Source: an uncultured Nitrospinota bacterium
Lineage (GTDB): Bacteria; Tectomicrobia; Entotheonellia; J063; CAVPRW01
NCBI GenBank assembly: GCA_963707985.1
Contig: CAVPRW010000035.1
Span: 64,001 to 128,000 of the forward strand
Reading direction: 5' to 3'
Length of the DNA stretch: 64,000 nucleotides
Part shown: positions 1 through 10,570 of the stretch, piece by piece
How the letters are laid out: each line of letters opens with the position of its first letter
Position numbering within the stretch: the stretch's first letter is position 1
Notes under the pieces: model-generated
What the model was told of the DNA's origin: nothing
The model's database searches: none
Seen by the model: the letters and a program-made list of their open reading frames with translations, nothing else
Position numbers and translations under genes: made by a program

Positions 1-2
1 AC

Positions 3-578
3 GCGAACGGCGGCGAGTCCAGCGGACCGATCCCGGTCAACGACCCGTGGGGCGCCTTCGCGGAGGACCAACTCGGGCTGATGGACCACCTCGGCATCCG
101 GGAGTTCTTCTTCATGGGCTACTGCATCGGCGGCCCGTTTGCCCTCAAGCTCATGCAGCGGGCCCCCGACCGCGTCGTGGCCGGCGTGCTCTGCCAGCCG
201 GTGGGGCACCGGCCGGAGAACCCGGACGTCATGTACCACTCCGGCCATCATCAATGGGGCCCCGAGCTGTGCGCCCGACGGCCCGACGTGACGATGGAGA
301 CGGTCGACGCGTACCTGCACAACCTCTACCGCGTTCAACCCGACTTTGTGTACAGCGTGTCACGCGACTTCGTGCGTGCGTGCCAGACGCCGATGCTGGT
401 CATGCCGGACGATACGCCCGCGCACCCGTACCCGGTGGCCCGGGATATCGCGGCGCTGGCGCCGAAGGCCGAAGTGACGGTCTATCCCTGGAGAGCGCCA
501 GAAGACCTGCTCGCCAAGACGGTCAACCAGGTGCGCGACTTTCTCCGGGCGCATCAACCTGTGACCTCCACCCACTGA
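3..578 (+). CDS. Alpha/beta hydrolase, 5' end outside window
   Basis: Frame open from the window start (…GPIPVNDPWGAFAEDQLGLMDHLG…); nucleophile elbow GYCIGG with Cys; C-terminal PMLVMPDDTPAHP. Confidence 0.8.
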   Translation, partial: ANGGESSGPIPVNDPWGAFAEDQLGLMDHLGIREFFFMGYCIGGPFALKLMQRAPDRVVAGVLCQPVGHRPENPDVMYHSGHHQWGPELCARRPDVTMETVDAYLHNLYRVQPDFVYSVSRDFVRACQTPMLVMPDDTPAHPYPVARDIAALAPKAEVTVYPWRAPEDLLAKTVNQVRDFLRAHQPVTSTH

Positions 579-637
579 GACGGGCGGTGAGGCGCCGCTC
601 AATGGCGCCCCCGGACCCCTACGAGAAGGAATCCGTT

Positions 638-1480
638 ATGGACTCGACCCGCAAACCGGTCGCCGTCGTGATTGGGGCGACCTCCAAGTGGCAGGCCGAT
701 GGCCGCAATACCAAACTGGCGCATGGGAAGGTGCTCGACGACAGTGACCTGCCCGTCGGCGTGCGCTGGGGCATCGGCGGCGCCATCGCCCAAAAGTTTG
801 CCCAGGAGGGCTTCTTCGTCGTGCTGACGACCCGGCGTGCCGCCAATGCGGCGGCGCTGGAGAAGGCCATCAAAGCGCAAGGCGGCGACAGTATGATTGT
901 CGAGCTGGACCTGGTGTCGCACGCCTCCATCTCCCATGCGTTCGCCACGATTCGCGCCACCGTGGGTGACCCGGATGTCGTGGTCTACAATGCGGGCTAT
1001 CTGGAGGGACGTGACCTGCCGCCCGAGAAAGAATTGCTGGAGCACTTCCCCGTCGACATGTTCGACACCGCGCAGCACATTGCCAGCCGTGGACCGTTCC
1101 TGGTCGCCAAGGAGGTGTTGCCCGCCATGCGCGAGCGCGGAGCAGGGACGTTTCTCATTTCGAATAACGCGGCGTCCTTGCGCGGGCGCAAGCGCCTGAC
1201 TGGCCAGTCGCTGTACTATCCGCGCGTCATGATGCGCACGCTGGCGCAGGTGCTGACGGAGGAATATTCCGAGTATGGCGTGCACGTGGCCAACGTCGTG
1301 ATCGACGGCATCATCGACTCACCCGGCACCCGTGCCCTGCCGCGCGCCCAGCAGCACCCGGAGGTGGTGATGAATCCGGTGAAGATCGCGGAGGCGTTCT
1401 ATTACCTCCACACCCAAGACAAATCCTGTTGGACGCACGAACTCCAATTGACGCCCTTTGCGACCAAGCCGAGCTTTTAG
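638..1480 (+). CDS. SDR family NAD(P)-dependent oxidoreductase (atypical)
   Basis: SD-like GAAGGA before ATG 638; VAVVIGAT…WGIGGAIA, VVYNAG, GVHVANVVIDG, WTHELQLTP. Confidence 0.85.
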   Translation: MDSTRKPVAVVIGATSKWQADGRNTKLAHGKVLDDSDLPVGVRWGIGGAIAQKFAQEGFFVVLTTRRAANAAALEKAIKAQGGDSMIVELDLVSHASISHAFATIRATVGDPDVVVYNAGYLEGRDLPPEKELLEHFPVDMFDTAQHIASRGPFLVAKEVLPAMRERGAGTFLISNNAASLRGRKRLTGQSLYYPRVMMRTLAQVLTEEYSEYGVHVANVVIDGIIDSPGTRALPRAQQHPEVVMNPVKIAEAFYYLHTQDKSCWTHELQLTPFATKPSF

Positions 1481-1744
1481 GGGCGTCCCGTTGGCCGGAC
1501 ACCTGCGGCGCCTCGCGTGCCGTCTTCCATCGTCGCGTGGGGCGCTCATGCCCCTACGCCGTGCAGGTCGGCAAGGGAGCACGGGGTCGGACCATTGCCC
1601 GTCACGGACGGTGAGGGCAGGCGACCGCCCTCGTGGTCCAGGCCTGTATCTGCTTACGGCGATGTCTGCACTCTACTAAAACCTTATAATGGGGCCCCTG
1701 TCCGCTGGAGTGCCAGTATTTCGAACTCCTCCAACAGGGACCGA

Positions 1745-2587
1745 TCAGGCTCGTGATGGCGACCAGTCGTAGACGCGCGTCAGGGACTCGCCCATGAGCC
1801 TAGCCTTATCGCTGTCGGACAGGCGGTCGGTGACGCGAAAGGCCTCGACCCCCTCCCGGTACGTCAACACCTTGACCGCGCGTGTCCAGTCGGTCCCCCA
1901 CAGGCAGCGATCTAGGCCGAACGCGTCGAAGATGCGCGCCAGCGGATCCCAGATGTCCGGGTAGGGGAACGGTTCGTGCGACAGCGTGCAGGCGCCGCTG
2001 ACTTTCACGGCCACGTTGGCGTACGCCGCCAGGGCCAGCAACTTGGGCAGGTCGGCGAATGGCTCCGCCGGGGCGGGTGGCTCCTGCGGCTGGGGCAACC
2101 CGAGATGGTCGATCACCAACTGGGTATCGGAATGGCGCTCTGCCATCTTGGCAGCCTGCTCCAGCCGCCCCGTGCACATCAGATTCACCGGCAGGCCATG
2201 TTGCGCAGCAGCGGTCAGCACCCGATGGATGCCGGGATCGGCCGGGTCGGTCGACACGCCACGATTCAGCATGAGCCGGATGCCGACTGTCCCCGGGGTG
2301 GCGGCCCAGTCGGCGATCGTTTCGGCGACCCCCGGATCCGTCGGGTCGACTGGCTTGACCAGGCCGAACCGACCGGGATGCTGTTGGTGGACTTCGAGCG
2401 CATAGCTGGCGTCGTAGCGGTACATCGTAAATGGCGAGACCAGTATCGCGCCGTCGACATCGACGGCGTCCATCGCGGCCACCATGTCGTCGCCCGTGAC
2501 CTCCGCCGGGCCGGTCAGGACGCCGGCCCAGGGACGACCCGGATGATCGCGTTCATAGGCGTGAACCTGCGCATCAATGATCACCAT
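1745..2587 (-). CDS. Amidohydrolase_2 family protein
   Basis: IIDAQVH, VIDHLG, VKVSG, LWGTDW motifs; GGAGG upstream of ATG 2587. Confidence 0.9.
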   Translation of the reverse strand: MVIIDAQVHAYERDHPGRPWAGVLTGPAEVTGDDMVAAMDAVDVDGAILVSPFTMYRYDASYALEVHQQHPGRFGLVKPVDPTDPGVAETIADWAATPGTVGIRLMLNRGVSTDPADPGIHRVLTAAAQHGLPVNLMCTGRLEQAAKMAERHSDTQLVIDHLGLPQPQEPPAPAEPFADLPKLLALAAYANVAVKVSGACTLSHEPFPYPDIWDPLARIFDAFGLDRCLWGTDWTRAVKVLTYREGVEAFRVTDRLSDSDKARLMGESLTRVYDWSPSRA

Positions 2588-3047
2588 AACTGAACCTCCC
2601 ACGAGTAGAGATGCGATGACGCGGCTGGTCAGCCACACGTGGTAGCCTCAGCTCCACACGACATCACGTGGTCCATGCCGCACAGAGGAGACCAGCCATG
2701 CCCTATGTTCGCACCGATGGGCCCAAAAAGCAAAGTCAGATGTGTCACTTGACTGCGGCAGGCGGGCTCCAACCTCAGCGCATACCCACGCCCCGGGAGC
2801 AGGGCGCGGTGGTCTGTGCCAAGCGCCCCACAGCCCGCATCTCGGAGTGATCTGATGGATCGTGCGAAGCAAGGGCGCGGCCGGCAGCCCGGCGGCGCAC
2901 GACGTTCTCTGCTACTGGACAGGCGTCGCCGTATGGGGTAGAGTAGCGCCGCAGGGATAGGGGCAGGGGATCTCGACCTCCCTGAGCACGACGAACGGTG
3001 CGCAGCGGGGGGTTGCGACAGTCAGACGCGATTCGAGAGGGGAGCCA

Positions 3048-4267
3048 ATGCAAAAGATTGCCGAAGAGACGCGCTTACCGGTCGATATTGACGCGCAACC
3101 CCTGGTGCAGGCTGCGGCCGCCCTGCGGCCGGTGATCCGCAATTATCATGAGGAGATCGAACGCGACCAGCGCCTGCCAAAAGCCTTGGTCGAGCAGTTG
3201 CACGCCACTGGCTTCTACCGTCTGCTGATCCCGCGCGAGCTAGGCGGCCTGCAGGCCGACCCGCTGACCTACCTGCGCGTCGTGGAGCTCTTGTCCGAGG
3301 GCGCCGGCTCGGTCGGCTGGAACCTGGCCAACAACAGCATCGGCCAACTCATCACGCTCGGTTTGCCGGACGAGGGCGTCCACGAGATCTACGCGCACGG
3401 GGCCGACACCGTCATCGCCGGCACCGCCGTGCAGGGGGGCGGGCAGGCGGTGCCGGTCACTGGTGGATACCGCGTCAGCGGTCGCTGGCGCTTTGGCAGC
3501 GGTTGTCAGGAGAGCTCCTGGATGCTGGGGAGCTTCCAGATTCTCGACGACGGCCAGCCACGCCGCAACCCAGACGGCACCTCGGTCCACTGGCGTGGGG
3601 TCTTCCCGCGAGCGGAAGCGCAGGTCGTCGAGGGGAGCTGGGACGTGTCCGGGCTGCGCGGGACCGGCAGCTTCGACTGGACGGTCGAGGACGTCTTCCT
3701 GCCGGAGCGGCGGACGATGGCCCACGCTGGCGCTCCGCTGGACAACCAATGGAAGCGCTGGCCGGGGGTCACCTATGCTTTGCCGGCCCAGGCCTGGGTT
3801 GGGCCCCACCACAGCGCCGTGATCACCGGCATCGCGCGGGCCGGCATCGACGCACTGATCCAGCTAGCCGGCGGGAAGACACCACGTGGCCGGACCGGGT
3901 TGCTGTGCGAGAATCCCCAGGTCCAGGACGCCGTTGGTCGGGCCGACGCGACGCTGAATGCCGGGCGCGTCTACCGCAGCGCCATGATCGCCGAGCTCTG
4001 GAGCACGGTCGCGGCCGGCAAGGAGACCACCCTCGAGCAACGGGCCCGCTGCCGGTTGGCCGCCGTCTATGCCGCCGACAATGCTCGCGAGGCGATGGAC
4101 CTGATGTACCGGCACGGTGGCAGCACGTCGTTCCAGCGCGAGAGCCGCCTGGCCGAGTGCTGGCGCGACCTGCACGTCGTCGGCCAGACGGTCACGATCG
4201 CGCCGGAGTGGTACCCCATCGGCGGCCGGGTGTACCTCGGGATGGACCGGGCCCGCGTCTGCGCTAA
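3048..4267 (+). CDS. Acyl-CoA dehydrogenase-fold flavin-dependent hydroxylase (HsaA-like); frameshift near 4248
   Basis: GYRVSGRWRFGSGC, WDVSGLRGTGS, LAECWRDLH; probable true C-terminus GMDPGPRLR* in the adjacent frame. Confidence 0.85.
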
Positions 4268-4335
4268 CCACAACGGCATGGAGCGGTCGACGGCCGGGCG
4301 GCCGAGTTCAATCTTGAGCACCACCACCGCTTGTA

Positions 4336-4638
4336 TCACCGGGCCAGGTCTTGATGGGTGTGGCCGCGGCCAGAGGTGTCTTCCATAAGCCTGGCATCGC
4401 CGGGCCGGAAAATCTGCTTGCTCCCGTCGCTTACGCCGATCTCCACTTCGCCCCTCAAGTGGATAATCAGTCGTCGCTCTGTCAGCGGGTGGAAGTCCAT
4501 GGTCCGTAGCTCGGAAAACTCGTGTATCCCGACCTGCGCGACATGCATCAAGGCGCCCAACTCGGCGTGTTTCTCCAAATGTACTTCTTCAATATGGCTT
4601 TCGCCATCCGCCCCGGCATAAATACGGTAGATGCTCAT
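4336..4638 (-). CDS. Small cupin-like protein (3' end probably frameshifted)
   Basis: RIYAGADGESH…DFHP…GEVEIGVSDG…FRPGD…EDTSGRGH pattern. Confidence 0.75.
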   Translation of the reverse strand: MSIYRIYAGADGESHIEEVHLEKHAELGALMHVAQVGIHEFSELRTMDFHPLTERRLIIHLRGEVEIGVSDGSKQIFRPGDARLMEDTSGRGHTHQDLAR

Positions 4639-4680
4639 ACATCCTCTCTGCGAGTGTTTTTCGTCAGGCAACCTCAGCCT

Positions 4681-6805
4681 CTAGACCTGGTGCAGAGCCT
4701 CGTAGACTCTCTCGGCTGTGATAGGAAGCTCGAACAGCTGACAACCGACGGCGTCGGCGACGGCATTCGCGATGGCGGCTGCCGTAGCGTTGTTTGCCAA
4801 TTCCCCAATGGCCTTTGCCTGATACGGTCCCTCCCCGCCGCTGGTCTGCACGAGGACCGTCTCGAGGGGTGGGATGTCCGCGATCGTCGGAAGTTTGTAT
4901 TCTCCTAAATGGCCGTTCAGGATCTGGCCGCCCTCGGACACCAACTCCTCCGTCACCGCCAGGCCGAGACCCGTCACAAATCCTCCGTCGATCTGGCCCT
5001 GATGCGCCAGCGGGTTGATGACGGTCCCCACATCATGGGCGGTGACCACCTTGATGCACCTTGACCTGACCGGTCTCCCGGTCCACTTCTACCTCAGCGA
5101 CTTGCGCGCTGAAATACATGACGTCTTCTGGCTGAGGGGCATCGTGCTCGACGGTAATGGTCAGGGGAAGGTTGGCGCCGTCTTGAATCGCCTGCCGCAT
5201 TTGCGCACACGCCTTCATCACCGCGTGACCTTCCGTGTAGGTGACTCTGCTGGCCCGCGGACCTTCGTCGAAGGGCGTGCTGTCGGTGTCGCCCTGACTC
5301 ACCCGTACCCAGGATAGCGGGACGTCCATCTCGGTGGCCACGATCTGCTGCTCAATGGTGTGGGTACCCGTGCCGACATCCACCGTAGGACTGAGGACGG
5401 TGAAGGTGCCATCAGCCTCTGCGGTTAACACGGCCCCGGCAACGCCGCCCCCTATCTGACGGCCGAAGATCGCGACGCCCTTGCCACGGCCTGGCCCGGC
5501 CTTGGGCTCTCCCCAGTGGCCTGCTTCCAGAGCGGCTTCCAACACCTGCCGGACATCCGCCACACGTAGGGGCCGGCCCACGGCATCCTCCTCGCCCGGA
5601 CCGACAAGGTTCATCCGCCTGAATGCAGCCGGGTCCATCCCCAGTTCCCTGGCCAGTAGGTCGGTATGGCACTCGAGGGCAAAGGTATATTGGTGCGCCC
5701 CAGGGGCTCGAAAGTACCCTCCTGGCGTGGTATTGGTATACACCTGGAGAAATTCGAAGGACGTGTTGGGAACTTTGTAGCCCCCGCCAACGTAGTGGGA
5801 TGTGGAGAGAAATGATCTGGGCTTCATGGCTCCATAGGCTCCACTGGCGTGGACCGTTCGCACCTCGCGAGCGGTCAGACGCCCGTCGCGGGTCACTCCG
5901 GAACGAATCGTCACGACGGTAGGATGCGTGGGATTGCTGGCGGTGAGTTCTTCCCCATAGCTCAGCACGATCTTGACCGGACGCTGGGCCATCTTCGCCA
6001 GGAGGTAGGCGACGGGCAGGTCACGCGCGTCTCCCTTGCCCCCGAAATCGCCCCCTACCGAGACGACGTTCACCCGGATTTGCTGATCCCGTAGCCCCAG
6101 CGCTTGCGCCAGCTGCAAACGCGCCCGGAATGGGGCTTTGCTGGAACACCAGGCCTGGATCCGGCCGTCATTGTCGATAGATAGAACGCTGGTAAAGGGC
6201 TCCAGGTAGCCCTGGTGACGACTGGGGACAGAAAACGAGTGCTCCAGAATGACATCGGCCTGGCGAAAGCCCTCAACCACATCGCCTTTCGCCCAAGTCA
6301 GGCGCGTTTGACCGTTGTGCACGTCCTTCGCGAGCACGTCGAGAGGCGCTCCGGCGTACGACGCGACATCGTCATGGAGCAGAGGGGCTTCCGGTCGCAT
6401 GGCTTCCATGGGGTCGAAGACCGCCGGCAGCACTTCGTAGTCGACGTCGATGCGCAAGAGCGCTTCTTCGGCGGCTTCGGGCGTCTCCGCCGCGACCGCG
6501 GCGACCCGGTCGCCGATGTAACGCACCCGGTCCCAGCACAGCACAGGCATGTCCCGAAGGACCTTCCCCATGAGATGACCAGGGGCGTCCTGTCCGGTCA
6601 CCACGGCCTTGACGCCGGGGACACTCCAGGCTGCGGAGGCATCAATGCGACGGATGCGAGCGTGGGGATGAGGACTGCGCAGAATCTTGCCCCAAAGCAT
6701 GCCCGGTATATCCACGTCGGCGGCGAAGCGCGTGCGTCCGGTGACTTTCTCCGGCCCGTGAATTTGGGAGACAGGGGCCCCTATAAGTGTTGCCTGCATG
6801 TCCAT
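4681..6805 (-). CDS. Xanthine dehydrogenase/CoxL family molybdopterin-binding large subunit; one frameshift ~5050
   Basis: EKVTGRTRFAAD, LRSPHPHARI, VGGDFGGK, FRAPG, AHDVGTVINP…GQIDGG, AKAIGE across ORFs 5033-6805 and 4681-5049. Confidence 0.9.
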
Positions 6806-6859
6806 CTGACCATTCCTTTGGTTTGACCCCGCTCATCCTCACACAGGGCGCCGATGGCT

Positions 6860-7215
6860 CTAGCATCCCGTATGGTCAAATGACTCAAACCTGTTCTTAC
6901 AGCAGAAATGATGACCAAGGCTGCCTCGGTCTCTGTACGCTTCCACTTTCCATGAGATGCCCAATGCCGCTAACAGACAGGGAATGTTGACCAGGTTAGG
7001 ATGACTCATCTGCAACCGAGCCACCGTGGTACACCCGTGGGTGGAGATTCCTACGATTGCAAACGAGCGGCGCACAGACCACTACAAATGCTCTTCCCAC
7101 CGCTGAGTTCTGGGATTGAACGGCGCTCCCCGCTGACCTGACACGGGATCTTCCCCATCACTATACGCCCATTGGTGGGCATTGCAATGCAGGCACGCCA
7201 ACGCCACGTTCACCA
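6860..7215 (-). pseudogene. HNH endonuclease C-terminal remnant
   Basis: NVALACLHCN…DPVSG…FNPRTQRWEEHL*WS…GCTTVARLQM; internal stop, N-terminus missing. Confidence 0.65.
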
Positions 7216-7234
7216 TCCCCGTCCGGCCACCTCG

Positions 7235-7400
7235 CGCACATCTGGGTGATGACCCGATGCTGTCCGAGGACATCTCCCTTGGTGACCCCCTCGAACTGGC
7301 GTTTGTGGAGCGTGTGCATGGCTTCATAGCCCTGCATCGTCCGCATCATGCCGTTCGCCCGGCTGATGGCGGATGGCACCGCCGCATGACCCGATGGGAC
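7235..7400 (-). mobile_element. IS6-family transposase C-terminal remnant
   Basis: RTMQGYEAMHTLHKRQFEGVTKGDVLGQ resembles the IS6 Tnp tail (GxExMHMxRKGQ). Confidence 0.55.
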
Positions 7401-7511
7401 TTCGCCATCAGTATTAGTTGTGCGGACAATAGTTGTGATATGATGGAACTGTCGACTCCTGTCCCAAGGTACGACAACACTCTTCACGCATCCTCACATG
7501 GAGGTGCACTC

Positions 7512-8528
7512 ATGCCGATTGGCGGCCCTGACTGGCTCGCGTTAACGCCCGAACCGACCTTGGAGCCCGAGCTCCCCATCTGCGACCCGCATCACCACCT
7601 GTGGGAATTTCGACCTGAACCCGTGTCCTACCAACGGTACCTGCTGTCTGACCTCGCAGCGGATATTCATAGTGGGCACCACGTACGTTCGACAGTATTT
7701 ATCGAGGTCAAAGCGCGGTACCGGGCGGACGGACCGGAGGAGATGCGTCCAGTAGGGGAAGTCGAATTTGTCGAGGCGCTGGCGGCGGAAAGCGCCCGTG
7801 GGACATATGGTCGGGCCCAGGTGGCCGCCGCCATTATTGGCTATGCCGATTTGAAACGGGGCGAGCGGGTGGCTCCAGTGCTGGAAGCGATGCAGGAGGC
7901 CAGCCCCGCTCGGTTCCGTGGCATCCGGCATTCGGTCGGGTGGGATCCGAGCCCAGAGCTGGTGAACCGGGACATCGAAGGTGTGCTGTCCAGCGACCAG
8001 TACCGAGCAGGCGCCCGGGTGTTGGCGGGCATGGGACTGTGCCTGGAGACGTCGCTGTACCACCCCCAGTTGGCAGAGTTGGCCACGTTCGCCAGGGCAG
8101 TGCCCGATCTCACCATCATCTTGAACCATATTGGTGGCCTGGTTCGGATCGGCTCATACGCCAACCGGGACGACGATGTGCTGCCCGCATGGCGGAGGGG
8201 CATTGCGGCCGTGGCGGCATGTCCCAATGTCTTCATCAAGCTCGGCGGTGTCGGACAGCACCGCTTCGGCTTCGACTGGCATGCCCGCGCACAGCCGATC
8301 GGCTCGGAGGAGCTCGCTGCGGCGCTGGCCCCCTTGATGCAGTATTGTATCGAGCAGTTCGGCCCCGACCGATGCATGTTCGAAAGCAATTTCCCGGTCG
8401 ACAAGGTCTCGTACTCCTACAATGTCGTCTACAATGCCTTCAAACGGCTGTCCAAAGGCTACTTGGCTGCCGAGCGCGCCGCCCTGTTCCATGACACCGC
8501 CGCCCGTGTCTACCGGATTGACCTCTAA
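7512..8528 (+). CDS. Amidohydrolase family protein
   Basis: GGAGG SD; ICDPHHHLW, RFRGIRH, LNHIGG, RCMFESNFPVDK. Confidence 0.9.
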   Translation: MPIGGPDWLALTPEPTLEPELPICDPHHHLWEFRPEPVSYQRYLLSDLAADIHSGHHVRSTVFIEVKARYRADGPEEMRPVGEVEFVEALAAESARGTYGRAQVAAAIIGYADLKRGERVAPVLEAMQEASPARFRGIRHSVGWDPSPELVNRDIEGVLSSDQYRAGARVLAGMGLCLETSLYHPQLAELATFARAVPDLTIILNHIGGLVRIGSYANRDDDVLPAWRRGIAAVAACPNVFIKLGGVGQHRFGFDWHARAQPIGSEELAAALAPLMQYCIEQFGPDRCMFESNFPVDKVSYSYNVVYNAFKRLSKGYLAAERAALFHDTAARVYRIDL

Positions 8529-8804
8529 CCCTCCACGCGCGGCACGGTCGTGACGTCCATCGGCCTTGCCAAATTCACGAGGGGGTCGCTGATTCTTCTT
8601 GGTCAACATGTGCTTGATCATCTTCGCTTCATGGTTGGCGTTGGGCATCCGCTGGCATCTCCTGACCATTGGTCGCCGGCGCGACGTCAGGCTGAACGCG
8701 CCATGGCCGTATATCTAGCCGTCTGCCAGGGATTTTCCTCGAGTTGCCTCTCGGTCCAGCCCCAGCTGAGCCACGCTCAAGACGACCAACGAAGACACCA
8801 CCTT

Positions 8805-9130
8805 ATGTGATCTGTCTGGACCTAGTGCTCCTCATGCTCCTCAATGATGCCCTCTGGCCGCAGCGACGGGCGACGCGATGGATGAAGAGACGGCGTGAGC
8901 TGAGCCTCCTCACACTCGTGCGGCACTTTCAGGCGTGAGCCGAGCGGTGGAGGCCGGCTCTCTTGCAGTCGGAGATCGAGTTGCGCCGCTTGCTCCAACG
9001 CGCCTGTGCCACGGCAGAACGGTTGGTGCTCAACGCCTCGAGAAAACGATGGACCACGGCACAACGCCTGCGTGAGAGTTTGACCAAACCAAACGAAGCG
9101 GTCGCATTCATGGACGCTGTCAACGCTTAG
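8805..9130 (+). mobile_element. Probable IS4-family transposase C-terminal remnant
   Basis: RELSLLTLVRHFQA*AERW…RRLLQRACATAERL; recalled similarity only, internal stop. Confidence 0.4.
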
Positions 9131-9635
9131 CTTCATGCCTATGCCCTCAATGGCCGATGTCTTGGGAAGATTGGCGGCCGTAGCCAAGGTCTTCCGCTGA
9201 TCTGTGGCCTCATCAATCCACGCATGGCCGATCAATGCTCGCATGCGTTGGTCTGCCAGGATGCGTGATCGTCAGGGACGCGAGACGAGGGAAGGCAGCG
9301 TGGGCATGTTTTCAGTTGATCATGAGCCACGCCTCATGGCTGCGGTACCGCTCGCCGATGGCCACGATGAGGGCCGCTGCCTCAACAGTCCGCACGATCA
9401 TAACCCCATGGAGAGCCGGTGCGACACACCCACACGCGTCTGCGGGGCGTCGATCCGGCGCTCGATTAGGTATCGTACGCTCCTACCATCAGCTGTGTGA
9501 TCCTCGCCCGCATCACCCTCTACGAACGCGACCGTGTACTCGATCGACCGACATGAGCTCACCACGCGGCCCGTGCCCACCTGTATCCCACAATAATCAT
9601 TTATTATGATATAATATTATCAATAATAATTTTAT

Positions 9636-10175
9636 ATGATCATCACTGAGAGAGGAGCGTGGAGTATGCGCGCATCGATGCCAAGGACCTCAGGCTCGTG
9701 GACACGTCAGCCGCTTGGGACCCTGTGGAAAATGGGGGGGCTCGCCGGTGACTATTGGGCTCCGCCCCAGATGACGCTCGTGCCGGCCTCGACACAGTTT
9801 GGCCGACTGGAACATGATTACGGGCCGCTCGCCTTGCTCTTGACCGTGTCGTTCCGCAACGACAGCGCACGGCCTATTTGGCTCCATTCGATAGCCATTA
9901 AAGATGCCGGCACCTGGTACCAGCCCATGCCATTCCTGGGCGATCGGGTGCACCTCCTCTCCCCCCAGCATCAGCATGACCTGCCGCTGCCGCGGACCCA
10001 GAGTCTCCTGACGGCCCCTTACATTCCGGCCTCGGCCGTCGCCGAACGCTTTGCGCTCTTCCGCCTGCCGGAACGCTGGGACCGCTGGCCCACGCACCTG
10101 CAGGTCACCGCCAAGGCCACCTTTGTGCGCCGGCGGGCCAGACGCCTGGTCGTGACCCTGACCAATCCCACCTGA
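9636..10175 (+). CDS. Hypothetical protein
   Basis: 179-aa ORF after an AT-rich upstream region; no recognised motif. Confidence 0.45.
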   Translation: MIITERGAWSMRASMPRTSGSWTRQPLGTLWKMGGLAGDYWAPPQMTLVPASTQFGRLEHDYGPLALLLTVSFRNDSARPIWLHSIAIKDAGTWYQPMPFLGDRVHLLSPQHQHDLPLPRTQSLLTAPYIPASAVAERFALFRLPERWDRWPTHLQVTAKATFVRRRARRLVVTLTNPT

Positions 10176-10413
10176 TCGCGCACGACCAGACACGTCTCCT
10201 CCCTTCTCACCCACCCCGCCGATCGAGGAGATGAGACCTGGGCGTGTGAGGGACGATCAGGCATCCCCGTCACGGTCATGACCGATGAGACCGGCACGGA
10301 AGGTGCTTCGTCAAGGGCATACGAGACAGGCAGGCGGTGAGATGGGCTACAGACAGGTCCTCCGCAGCAGACGCATGAGAGGGTCAAGCGGTCGATCCGC
10401 TGTTAATAGGGGG

Positions 10414-10442
10414 TTGACAGCGCGTGGGGGTCTCAGTACAGT
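10414..10442 (+). promoter_or_regulatory. Sigma70-type promoter upstream of the DAC-fold gene
   Basis: TTGACA (10414-10419), 17-nt spacer, TACAGT (10437-10442). Confidence 0.55.
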
Positions 10443-10570
10443 TTTTATCAGCACGTGAGGTGATGGCGCTTCGTACCACGATCGAAGCCACCTTCAGTCT
10501 CACAGCGGTGGTTGCCTTCACCGCCGTCCCCCCGTGAGGCTCAACATCAGATGAGGGGGGAGCTACCACG

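Noticed and set aside
8936..8938. In-frame TGA in the transposase remnant as Sec
   Set aside because: No redox motif or SECIS-like hairpin; decayed IS
10215..10320. SAM-I riboswitch-like words (GAGGGAC…GATGAGACCGGCA…AAGGTGC)
   Set aside because: Spacing and P1 pairing do not fit, and no methionine-related gene follows
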